A stretch of DNA of 64,000 nt from Fimbriimonadales bacterium (GTDB lineage Bacteria > Armatimonadota > Fimbriimonadia > Fimbriimonadales > JABRVX01), in assembly GCA_045862955.1 (NCBI GenBank), contig BTVI01000002.1, positions 90,090 to 154,089 of the forward strand. The letters run 5' to 3'. The notes below the pieces were generated by a model that saw only the letters and a list, made by a program, of their open reading frames with translations, was not told the origin of the DNA and searched no databases. This document shows, in pieces, positions 38,953 to 48,216 of this stretch (position 1 is its first letter; each line of letters begins with the position of its first letter). Position numbers and translations under genes: made by a program.

Positions 38953-40185
38953 ATGCTGAACCTCATCGCATGTCTCATAGTTCTGCCTGCTCATATGCCC
39001 GACGACGGACGCGGCGCCTTCACTGACGGCCTGTTAGGCCTATGGTGTCTGGCCGACGCGGTGGCTTACGTTCGGCCCAGACCCGCCGAAGCGACCACGA
39101 TTCGGCTCGATGTCGTGGACACCCGAGGCTCACTCCTAACTGACGAGAATGGTAACCTGTTGGCGAAGCGAGCGGACGGGAGTGTTCTGATCGAGAATCG
39201 CGCATTCCGTCTTGTGCCGTGCGACGTCCTCCACGTTGTTAAGGGTCAGCTGCCGGAGTGCATCTCCATTTTGCTGTGGCCACAACCTCCCAAGGGAGAT
39301 GCAGCGACGCTTCCACGTCCGTCCGACGGGCAGGCTGTGCTAGCGTTTCTCAAGCGACCCGACAGCCGCGGCTACCTCCTTCTGGACAACATCTCGCCGG
39401 GGGTGTTTTACTACGAGGTGCGGCCTCCGGCCGGCGGGCTGACGGTACTAGGTCCGCTGGACCTGGTCAGTTCCCTATCCTTCTGGCCAGTCGGATGGCC
39501 CGTCGCTGAGTGCCACGAGCAGATGGCATTCCGTAGGCTAGTGCATGGTGTCGTCTCCACGTTGCTCCTGCCGGAGCAGGCGTCCCGGGCAAGTGCACTC
39601 AGGCTGCTCGCATGGGCTGCGCCCGCTCGTCTCCGCTTGAGTTGGCCGTTCTTACCGACTCCGGATGTTGGTCTGTCCCAAGTCGGAGGGGACTATGAGG
39701 GGTGGTTCCGCAGTGTCGTGCACCCCGCTGTTCTGAGTCGCACGCAGTCTGGGGACGACCAAGAGGCCGTGTTAGCCCTGAGCGTGCTCCTGTACAACGA
39801 CGACTGGCAATATATGGAGCAGTTCGCTGACCGAGTCGTCGCACTGAGCGAGAAGTCCGACTCTGTCGGCACCGACGTGATCGGGTGGCTCAGACGAGCG
39901 CCGGACCCGGACGTTGCCTACAAGAAGCTCCTGCAGTCCAGGCATCCGTTGGTCCTGACCCGCACCCTGGAGGAAGTAACCCAAAGCAAGAGGGTTGCAT
40001 GTCGTGCCGCAGTCAAAGGTGTCCTTGAGCACTCCAGTGCTCGCGTGCCGATCAGGGCGATGCATGCACTCTCAATCCTAGACAACGACCCGGAGCACGA
40101 TCCCGGATCGGGCGGGGTTGTCGCCAAGATCGAGCCAGGCTCACGGGCCGCGGCGCTCTTGGAATATTGGCGTAACAAGCCCTAG
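38953..40185 (+). CDS. hypothetical protein with a HEAT-like helical C-terminus
   Basis: long ORF 25 nt after the previous gene; LLQSRHPLV..LEE..., VLEHSSARV..RAMHAL. Confidence 0.6.
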   Translation: MLNLIACLIVLPAHMPDDGRGAFTDGLLGLWCLADAVAYVRPRPAEATTIRLDVVDTRGSLLTDENGNLLAKRADGSVLIENRAFRLVPCDVLHVVKGQLPECISILLWPQPPKGDAATLPRPSDGQAVLAFLKRPDSRGYLLLDNISPGVFYYEVRPPAGGLTVLGPLDLVSSLSFWPVGWPVAECHEQMAFRRLVHGVVSTLLLPEQASRASALRLLAWAAPARLRLSWPFLPTPDVGLSQVGGDYEGWFRSVVHPAVLSRTQSGDDQEAVLALSVLLYNDDWQYMEQFADRVVALSEKSDSVGTDVIGWLRRAPDPDVAYKKLLQSRHPLVLTRTLEEVTQSKRVACRAAVKGVLEHSSARVPIRAMHALSILDNDPEHDPGSGGVVAKIEPGSRAAALLEYWRNKP

Positions 40186-40260
40186 CGCCCGCATCGGCAT
40201 GCTTCCCGCCCGGTAGGGGCGGTGGGCGACCACGCCACGGATAGGTCTGCTCTTACACCG

Positions 40261-42135
40261 CTATCTCCGCGGCAGCCAGACCTCCATCTCGCCCGGGTCG
40301 CGGTTGTCCCACAGGCAGTAGGGGATGAGTGTGAGCCGTTTCGGCGCTCCCACAGGCAGCTCGGGCGCGTACAGCTTTCCCTCCCAAGCCGATGGCTCCA
40401 CAGAAAAGCCCTCCACGTCCAACACGTTCACTCCTCCTAGCACCTCGCTGCAGCGCACTCCGGCCTTCGGCTGCACTGAGACGAACGGCAGACCGGGCCC
40501 GTTGTCTACCTGCTCGGCGCAGTACACGATGGGGCCCATTCGGAATGCCACGCGCCCCGTGTCGGCACGCACGAGCGGGTTCGCGAAGAGGGTCTCCGGC
40601 GTCATCCCGAAGTCCACCTCCACGGTGTCGCCCGATGCCCATGCACGTCTCATGACAGCCCACCCATCGGCCACCTGCCACCCATCCGCCGTGAGGGCCT
40701 CTGCGTTTCGCGACCAACCGGGAACCCGCAGTCGCAGCCCGAACTCCGCAGGTCCGTCGCTCTCCACGCGGAACCTAACTCTGCCCGACCACGGGTAATC
40801 CGTCTCCTGTCGCAGCGTCACCGTGTGTTCGCCCGCCTGGACGCGCGCAGTACCCTGCACGTACATGCCGACCCACACTTCGTCGCCGGCCACCGCATAG
40901 GCATACGAGCCGAGCGAGGCGAGGAGACGTGTGATGTTAGGTGGGCAGCAAGCACAACCGAACCACTCTTGCCTGTGGTGGGTTCCGTCTGCAGCTAAGG
41001 GATTGACATAGAAGTACTTCGTGCCATCCAGCGAGATGCCGGAGAGGAAGCCGTTGTGTAATGCCAGCTCCATCACGTCCACGTACTCCGACTTGCCTTC
41101 GATCAGCCACATGCGGTGCGCCCATAGTATCAGCGCGATGGAAGCGCACGTCTCTGCATACGCAGTCTCGTTCGGCAGGTCGTAGTCGCGCGTGAAACCC
41201 TCGTTGGAGGCAGAAGGTCCCACTCCGCCGGTCACGTACATCCGCTTCTTGGTCAAGTTGTCCCACAGACGGTGGAGCGCTGTTAGTAGTGTCTCGTCCT
41301 TCGTCCAGTCGTACAGGTCCGCCATGCCAGAGAACAGATAGAGCGCCCGCACCGCATGACCTACCACTTCGCTCTGCTCGCGCACCGGTAGGTGGTCTTG
41401 GGTATAGCTCCCCTCATACTCCCCTCGCTTGAACCACAATCCCGCCCAGTCCACGATGTTGCGAGGAGCGTTCGGGTCGCGCAGCTCGGCCTCGAAAGGA
41501 GAGGGTCGGCTTCCGCGTGCGTCAATGAAGAACCGAGCGAGCTCTCGATACTTGTCCTCGCCGGTCGCGCGTGCCAGGCGGAACAGCGCCAGTTCGATCT
41601 CCGGGTGCCCGCAATAGCCGAGCCGCTTGCTAGGCCCGAAGATGGATGCGATGTGGTCGGCGTTCCTCACTGCGACGTCTAGCAGGCGCCTGCTGCCCGT
41701 CGCCTCGTAGTGCGCGACTGCGGCCTCGAACAGGTGCCCCGCGCAATACAGCTCGTGGTTCATCGAGAGGTTCTGCCACTTCTGCTCGGGGTGCTCCACG
41801 GTGAAATAGGAGTTCAGATAGCCGTCAGGCTCCTGCGCCGCCTCGATAGCCTCGATGCATTCGTTCACGGCGGCCTCGAGCTTCGGGTCGGGGTGCGTGG
41901 TGAGCGAGTAGGCGGCCCCCTCGAGCCACTTGTATACGTCCGAATCGTTGAACCGATAGCCCTCGAAGCCCCCTTGCATCTTGCCGCCGGCTTTCAGGAT
42001 GTTGTTCAGGCGGCCGGTGCCGGTGAGCTGCTCGAACTGCTGGTGGAGGGTGACCTCGCGATTGGTCTTCTGTCGCGGGGCCCAGAAGGTGTCCTCGAAG
42101 GTGACCTGGGTGAATGGCACGGGTTGAAGCTTCAT
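40261..42135 (-). CDS. GH127 beta-L-arabinofuranosidase family
   Basis: FNDSDVYKWLEG, HELYCAGH, GHPEIELAL, GHAVR, YAETCA, CACCPPN, TDYPW. Confidence 0.95.
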   Translation of the reverse strand: MKLQPVPFTQVTFEDTFWAPRQKTNREVTLHQQFEQLTGTGRLNNILKAGGKMQGGFEGYRFNDSDVYKWLEGAAYSLTTHPDPKLEAAVNECIEAIEAAQEPDGYLNSYFTVEHPEQKWQNLSMNHELYCAGHLFEAAVAHYEATGSRRLLDVAVRNADHIASIFGPSKRLGYCGHPEIELALFRLARATGEDKYRELARFFIDARGSRPSPFEAELRDPNAPRNIVDWAGLWFKRGEYEGSYTQDHLPVREQSEVVGHAVRALYLFSGMADLYDWTKDETLLTALHRLWDNLTKKRMYVTGGVGPSASNEGFTRDYDLPNETAYAETCASIALILWAHRMWLIEGKSEYVDVMELALHNGFLSGISLDGTKYFYVNPLAADGTHHRQEWFGCACCPPNITRLLASLGSYAYAVAGDEVWVGMYVQGTARVQAGEHTVTLRQETDYPWSGRVRFRVESDGPAEFGLRLRVPGWSRNAEALTADGWQVADGWAVMRRAWASGDTVEVDFGMTPETLFANPLVRADTGRVAFRMGPIVYCAEQVDNGPGLPFVSVQPKAGVRCSEVLGGVNVLDVEGFSVEPSAWEGKLYAPELPVGAPKRLTLIPYCLWDNRDPGEMEVWLPRR

Positions 42136-42269
42136 CGGTGCGCTCCTTGCTGTCAGACTGCGGTGCCGTCTGGGGACTACCCATTCCACTTCTCCGCGCC
42201 ACCTTGCCTCCCTCCCCCACCCGCCGAAGGTCCCGTTTCTCGGTTCGTTGACCCCCCGCAAGCCTGGGG

Positions 42270-43580
42270 TCATCCTGTTCGAACCGGCTCCGGCTTCTCC
42301 AAGTAGATGGTCGAGGTGCTGTCATCGTACGCGAGCAGCTCGGCATATCGGCCCCAGGCAATGGCTAGCTCCAGCTGACGAGCGGCGTCCTCGGGAGGAA
42401 ACTCCAGCTCCAGCGCTGCGAGTGTCACGTCGTACTCCAGCCGCTTGTCGTCGGCTGCGTGCAAGAGCCGCAATAGCCATCGGAACAGTGGCAGCCTGCG
42501 AATCCGCATGGCAAAGATCTCCTTTCGCGCCAGGATGCTTGCTTCGGCGAAGGTGTCCCCTAGCGGTGTCGAAGAAATGTCACCTTGTGCAAGCGTGGCA
42601 AAACCTAACAGCTCGGCAGCCTCTGTTAGTGCGAGCAGGTGATCCGAGTCTGCTTTGAGGTCGGTCGCCAAACGAAAGATGTCTGCTTTGCGCTCCGGCT
42701 CTTCCTGAAGGCGTTCCATCATGCCTATCAGATCGTCGATCTCGATGTCGGGTAGAGCTCGTGTTCGGCCAGGTTCTCCAGGGGCGGTGCCCATCTCGAG
42801 GTACTCCGGCTGCGTCTGGCCGGCCAGCGTGGCATACAGCTGGTCGACGATCTCGGCAAACGCCCTAGAGTGCCGGTCCCGCGGATGAGGCAGAGCTACG
42901 TTGATGTGTGCGATGATCCGGCCGGGGTCTTTGTCCATCACCACGATTCGATCTGCCATGAACACCGCTTCCTCGATGTTATGTGTCACCATCAGGATGG
43001 CCTTGGTAGGAATGTTGCCGCTGAGCCACAGCTCCATCAACTCCCCTCGCAGCGACTCCGCACTCAGTACGTCCAGAGCCGAGAAAGGCTCATCCAGGCA
43101 AAGCAGCTCCGGCTCGACCGCCATCGCACGTGCGAACCCCGTCTTTTGGCGCATGCCACCGGAGAGCTCCCGGGGGTAGGCGGTCTCGAACCCGTCCAGA
43201 CCTACCATATCCAGCAGTGCGAGCGCTCGTTTCCTCCGCTCTTCGGCCGGTACGCCGCGTGCCTGCAGTGCAACTTCGACGTTCTGCTGAACGTTGAGCC
43301 ACGGGAAGAGTGCGAAGGTCTGAAAGACTATCGTAGAATGGGGATTCACTCCTACCAGAGGCTGTCCGCGGTAGATCACCTCGCCCTCGCTCGGGCGCTG
43401 CAATCCTGTCACGAGCCGAAGAAGCGTGCTCTTGCCACATCCCGAAGGACCTACGAGGAGTACCAGCTCTCCTTCCTTGATGCCGAGATTGATATCCTTT
43501 ACCGCAACGAACTCGCGGCGTGTACCTCGATATCGCTGTGTGACATTTTTCAACAGAGCCAGACTGCTATCATTCGTCAT
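42270..43580 (-). CDS. NitT/TauT-type ABC ATP-binding protein with a C-terminal AAA-associated domain
   Basis: GPSGCGKS, LSGGM, LCLDEPFSALD, VTH; C-terminal WGRYAEL..YD. Confidence 0.92.
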   Translation of the reverse strand: MTNDSSLALLKNVTQRYRGTRREFVAVKDINLGIKEGELVLLVGPSGCGKSTLLRLVTGLQRPSEGEVIYRGQPLVGVNPHSTIVFQTFALFPWLNVQQNVEVALQARGVPAEERRKRALALLDMVGLDGFETAYPRELSGGMRQKTGFARAMAVEPELLCLDEPFSALDVLSAESLRGELMELWLSGNIPTKAILMVTHNIEEAVFMADRIVVMDKDPGRIIAHINVALPHPRDRHSRAFAEIVDQLYATLAGQTQPEYLEMGTAPGEPGRTRALPDIEIDDLIGMMERLQEEPERKADIFRLATDLKADSDHLLALTEAAELLGFATLAQGDISSTPLGDTFAEASILARKEIFAMRIRRLPLFRWLLRLLHAADDKRLEYDVTLAALELEFPPEDAARQLELAIAWGRYAELLAYDDSTSTIYLEKPEPVRTG

Positions 43581-43584
43581 AGTA

Positions 43585-45309
43585 CTACTCCAATCGGAAC
43601 TGCCTCTCGGCGAGTCGGTACAGCCTGCGCCAGAACACCCTGTTGATCAGCACCACCGCCAGCACCATGCTCAGCGTGGCTGCAAGGAGCAGCGGGTAGT
43701 CTCCTGCCGCCGTCGCCTTTGCTATGGTTGCACCGATGCCGGTCGTAAAGAGGGTCTTCCCACCGAACTCGACATACTCCGCGACAATGCTCGCGTTCCA
43801 CGCACCCCCGCTTGCTGTAATGGCGCCAGTCACGAACGATGGAAAGATCGCAGGCAGGATGAGTGTTTTCCACCGCAGACCCCTCGATAAGCCGAGCAGC
43901 GAAGCAGTGAACCTGAGCTCCTGGGGCATCGCACTCGCTCCGGCGATGACGTTGAACAAGAGGTACCACTGAGTGCCCAGCAGCATCAACACGATTGCTG
44001 CGATGTTCAGCCCACCGGGAAGCCCGAGCAGTGCTAGCAACAGCACAGGGAATAGCGCCGTCGCTGGGATGGCAGCGAGCGTCTGTGCGACCGGCTGTAG
44101 CCACGATGCCAGTCGCCGGTTGGTGCCGATAAGTGCTCCGACCGGCACCGTCCACGCCGTGGCGATTGCAATGGCCACGCCGACGCGCAAGAATGTCGCA
44201 AGAAGTCCGACGCCGATCTCCACCCACTGCTGTGTGGGGACACGTATCAGCATGTCACTGGTCCGATAAGCACCCCAGACGAGCGCCATGAACAATGCAA
44301 TGCCCAATACGGCTCTCAGCACCGGATGCTGATCGCGCACGGTCGCAACGGGACGCCGGGCATAACGGCGGTACATCCACGCGTCCACTCGCTCGCCGAG
44401 GGATCGAAGCACGTTACTCGAGAACCACCGCACCAGGCGGGAGTGGTGCAGTATTTCATACGCCCAAGAGCGAGCCGTCGTATCGGACGCTATCATCTCG
44501 AGCTTGAACCGCTCTGCATAAGCGAGTAGAGGCCGCCACACGAGCTGATCGAGCAGAACGATAACTGTTACCAATGCGACGAGCCCCCACCCCAACGCAG
44601 TTACATTGCCCTCGTTGGCTGCCGTCTGGAGGTAGCTCCCTAACCCTGCCAATCGGAAGTCGCGCGAGCCGACGGTGAACATCTCCGCCGCCATGAGGAA
44701 GAACCAGCCGCCGGACCAACTCATAACACTGTTCCAGATCAGACCAATGGCGCCCGATGGAAGCTCTAGCTGTCGGAACCGCAGCCACGGGTTGAGACGA
44801 AAGATGGCGCCGGCTTCACGCAGCTCTCGCGGTATCGTCTTCAGGGATTGATACCAACTGAACGTCATGTTCCAGACTTGGCTAGTGAAGATCAGCACCA
44901 CCGATGCTATCTCAGCGGCTAGGCGCTCGGGCAGAATGGCAGCCAAGGCCACCAAGACCACAGGTAGGAAGGACAAGATCGGGACGCTCTGCAGAACATC
45001 GAGGATTGGTAGCAGCCATTGCTCGGCCCTTCGGCTTGCGGCGGCGGCAGAACCGTAGAAGAGCGTGAACAGCAACGACAGCGCGTAGGCTGCCGCCATG
45101 CGCAGCGTAGAAAGCACCGCATAGAACGGTAGCGCGGAGGGCGAGAGACTGATGCGCGGCCCCTGCACCACCTCGGGAGCCTGGCGAGCGAGCTCCGTGC
45201 CGATGTACACCAGCACGGCCAGACTCGCCAGAACGACCGCATCAGCAGGCGTTGCCTGACGGATCAGCTCCGGACCGAAGCGGGGGATGAACCGACGCAC
45301 ACCTTGCAT
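43585..45309 (-). CDS. NitT/TauT-type ABC permease (duplicated TM domain)
   Basis: LDVLQSVPILSF, SQVWNM, WNSVMSWSGGWFFL, GGAWNASIVAE. Confidence 0.92.
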   Translation of the reverse strand: MQGVRRFIPRFGPELIRQATPADAVVLASLAVLVYIGTELARQAPEVVQGPRISLSPSALPFYAVLSTLRMAAAYALSLLFTLFYGSAAAASRRAEQWLLPILDVLQSVPILSFLPVVLVALAAILPERLAAEIASVVLIFTSQVWNMTFSWYQSLKTIPRELREAGAIFRLNPWLRFRQLELPSGAIGLIWNSVMSWSGGWFFLMAAEMFTVGSRDFRLAGLGSYLQTAANEGNVTALGWGLVALVTVIVLLDQLVWRPLLAYAERFKLEMIASDTTARSWAYEILHHSRLVRWFSSNVLRSLGERVDAWMYRRYARRPVATVRDQHPVLRAVLGIALFMALVWGAYRTSDMLIRVPTQQWVEIGVGLLATFLRVGVAIAIATAWTVPVGALIGTNRRLASWLQPVAQTLAAIPATALFPVLLLALLGLPGGLNIAAIVLMLLGTQWYLLFNVIAGASAMPQELRFTASLLGLSRGLRWKTLILPAIFPSFVTGAITASGGAWNASIVAEYVEFGGKTLFTTGIGATIAKATAAGDYPLLLAATLSMVLAVVLINRVFWRRLYRLAERQFRLE

Positions 45310-45577
45310 CAGCGCCTCCCCGTGCAGGGCGGATCCGCGCTAGCAGGCGAAGAAGCGAAGGCTCGAAGTGCGAGGGCAACTGAACCCATCGTCCGCCCTC
45401 GACGTGGGTTCTTCGAGCGTGCGTGTCTTATGTGCGTGAACGTTCATCGGGATGCCCTCCAGTGAAAAAGTCTTACTGTTCGCAGGCGAGCTTCGGGCTC
45501 CGCCAACCATATCGAACCGGGGTGCCCCAGTACGTCGCGCACAATGCCTTCTCGAGCGGGGCGCCCGAGGCGCGTAG

Positions 45578-45607
45578 AGTGTACTGCCCGCACCCACCGG
45601 ACGTCAA
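45578..45607 (-). promoter_or_regulatory. sigma70-like promoter for the ABC operon
   Basis: TTGACG-N18-TACACT on the minus strand. Confidence 0.55.
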
Positions 45608-45631
45608 GTCGGTCCGAGGCCCTCGGGCTCG

Positions 45632-46060
45632 CTACAGCCCGCCGAACGGGATGGCGGTGATTCCGGGGCCCAGAGGAAGGGTGTGTGGCCCGAGGTGCAC
45701 GAGCCAACCATGTTCCGCCTTGTCCGGGTAGTCCCGCAGGAAGGAGGCTAGCCCGGTTGCCATTCCCGGTCTTGGCGTGGCAGAGCTCCTCACCTCGATG
45801 GGGACGAGTGTGCCGCCGTGGTCCAGCACGACGTCCACTTCGTCACCACGGGCGGTTCGCCAGAAGAACATCTGGGGCTCGGCACCCACGTGCAGAAAGG
45901 AGCGCAGTACCTCTCCCACGGGTAGTGTGCGTGTGGCTTGGCCGCCAGTTCGTGCCATGACAGGGGAAGCAGCTTCAGAATCGCGCATCGGCCAGCGAGG
46001 GACTCTGTCACGTTGCTCAACAGACCGAGCGACTGCGAACCCGATAGCAAGAATCTGCGT
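45632..46060 (-). pseudogene. AAA_14/DUF4143 ATP-binding protein remnant
   Basis: RFLLSGSQ..L...VTESLAGR..L.PLS in one frame and FFWRTARGDEVDVV...PIEV in another; the middle and Walker A are missing. Confidence 0.75.
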
Positions 46061-46634
46061 GAGCTATGCTCGTGCTGCGCATCGTGGGTGGCAGGCGACT
46101 GACCAGTCGGCGACCGCCGCTGGTGGCGAAGGAGGGTGATGATGCGTTCCGCATGCACCCCGTCAATCCTGTGTCTCGCCGTTGCAGCCGTCTGCCAACT
46201 CGCTGACACGCCCTGGCAGACTTACTGTGGGGGCCTGTCTAAGCTGCTCGGGTCAGCGGCACCTGGGCCTACGCAAATCGGCGCGAGACCGACGAGGCTC
46301 TACAGGTGGCTTACCGATCCCAGTTGGGAGACGAGGAGGGTCACGTGTACGTCACTCTTAGCTGGGCCCTCCTGGACAAGGTTGGCACTGATTTTCGGGT
46401 TGCTCGGAGCAAGCCCTTGGGGGTGCCCCACGCGGTACGCAAGAATGGGTCTCGCCTTGTAGCGGGGCGTGACCGGGCAATACGGTGGAGACGGCCCTGT
46501 TCTGTTCGTGAATAGCGGCAGCGCTGTTCTCGCCCAGACTTCTGTGAGTCTGACGATCTGGTGCTACACCGTCTGGTCTCAGCACAGCAGACCCATGCCC
46601 GATGGTGGCTTCGTCCCCGACGGACGGCAGGAGG

Positions 46635-47408
46635 CTAGAACGTCCTGCACATGCCGAAGCCGAAGACAACGAGTCGGCGATCAGCGCCACTGGCTCGTAG
46701 GTCGGAATCGAGCAACTCGGTAAGTGACAGGGAGGCGCAAAGGTCCCAACCGGGTGACAGTTCGCGCTCGAGCGCTAGCTGCAGGGAAGCGACGTTCCAT
46801 GCAGATTTCATGACGCCTGCATACACCTCGTTGAACTTGCGCGACCCGGCCGACACACCCCCTGACAGCCCTAACGATGTGTGCGTGTCGAGTGCACAAT
46901 CGTAGCGCAGCCCTGCCTCCGTGTAGTGCGCACCCCGGTAGTGCATGAAGTCCGAGGCTTGAGAGAGGTATGCAGTTAGGGATCCGACCGGGTAGCACAA
47001 CGACGCCACAGCCTCTCCCGTAGCTGGCGAGTCCGCCTGGTTAGGATACGCAAAGAACTGCAAACAGCCTTCGAGTCCCAGCTTGCCCGAGCTAGCCTCG
47101 TAAGAGAGCACTAGGTCCACTTCATTGAACGAGGTACCGTCGCGCCGGTCTAGGCCGAAGTTAGCCCATGCGGTAGCCGAGAAGTGGCCCCGTGCTACGG
47201 TGACGGATGGCTGAAGGACTGGTCCCTGGCTCCATGCCAAGCCCCTCCACACGTAGCGCGAGAAGAAGTCCACCTGTGCGCTGACAACATGGCCGGACGG
47301 CTCGTCCGCTCCAGTGTCCTGGGCATCCGCCGTCTGTACCACCGCTAGTAGCAGACACGCGGTCGGCAGTACGCAACCTACCAGCCGCGACCTGATGCGT
47401 CCCTCCAT
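46635..47408 (-). CDS. outer-membrane beta-barrel protein (TorF-like)
   Basis: signal peptide; DFFSRYVWRG...PVLQP, EVDL; alternating beta-strand pattern; terminal Phe. Confidence 0.75.
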   Translation of the reverse strand: MEGRIRSRLVGCVLPTACLLLAVVQTADAQDTGADEPSGHVVSAQVDFFSRYVWRGLAWSQGPVLQPSVTVARGHFSATAWANFGLDRRDGTSFNEVDLVLSYEASSGKLGLEGCLQFFAYPNQADSPATGEAVASLCYPVGSLTAYLSQASDFMHYRGAHYTEAGLRYDCALDTHTSLGLSGGVSAGSRKFNEVYAGVMKSAWNVASLQLALERELSPGWDLCASLSLTELLDSDLRASGADRRLVVFGFGMCRTF

Positions 47409-47412
47409 CTTC

Positions 47413-47796
47413 GCACCTCCCCGTGCCGGTATTCCACACGTGGTCGGTGGCCTTCTCCAGCAGATCGCCCAGGGTACGCGTTGCTCAGGAGGAGAGTGCT
47501 TCTACCCGTCATGCTGAGCCCGTCGAAGCATGGCAGCTTCTGCCGTGAACTAGAACATGAGAACACTACCATGCAGGTTGTCATTACCTTCTTCCCCGCG
47601 CCTCCCCGTACCGGTATTTGACACGTGTTCGGTGGCTTTCTTCCGCAGATCGCCCAGGGTGCGCGTTGCTCAGGAGGAGAGTGCTTCTACCCGTCATGCT
47701 GAGCCTGTCGAAGCATGGCAGCTTCTGCCGTAACGTCGCACAGGACAACACTACCATGCGCTTTTCGATGGCATGCTTCGACAAGCTCAGCATGAC
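47413..47796. repeat. ~185-bp direct duplication, each copy carrying a type-C repeat, plus an inverted type-C copy
   Basis: gcagatcgcccagggt.cgcgttgctcaggaggagagtgcttctacccgtcatgctgagcc.gtcgaagcatggcagcttctgccgt at ~47460 and ~47646. Confidence 0.85.
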
Positions 47797-48155
47797 GGGT
47801 ATGGGCTCCTGCAACCTGGCATCTCAGCATGACGGGCATGGTCTCCTGCGACCTAGCAGCTCAGCATGACGGGTATGGGCTCCTGCAACCTGGCATCTCA
47901 GCATGACGGGTATGGTCTCATACAACCTAGCAGCTCAGCATGACGGGCATGGTCTCCTGCGACCTAGCAGCTCAGCATGACGGGTATGGTCTCCTGCGAC
48001 CTAGCAGCTCAGCATGACGGGTATGGGCTCCTGCAACCTGGCATCTCAGCATGACGGGCATGGTCTCCTACAACCTAGCAGTTCACCGTGACGGGTATGG
48101 ATTCCTGCAATCTAGCATCTCACCATAACGCAGCTAGAGACCTGCTACCTGACAG
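47786..48155. repeat. 37-bp tandem repeat, 9 copies plus 1 degenerate
   Basis: ctcagcatgacgggYatggKctcctgcRacctRgcaK units, decaying toward 48155. Confidence 0.92.
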
Positions 48156-48216
48156 CCAAGTAAGACATAAGTAGAGCAGTGCTAGCTAGTAGCCAGACTC
48201 ACCCTGTCCGGCCCGC

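Noticed and set aside
46136..46630. Short ORFs between the DUF4143 remnant and the porin gene
   Set aside because: No recognisable family or consistent coding signal
47786..48155. CRISPR array (37-bp unit)
   Set aside because: Head-to-tail tandem units with no spacers
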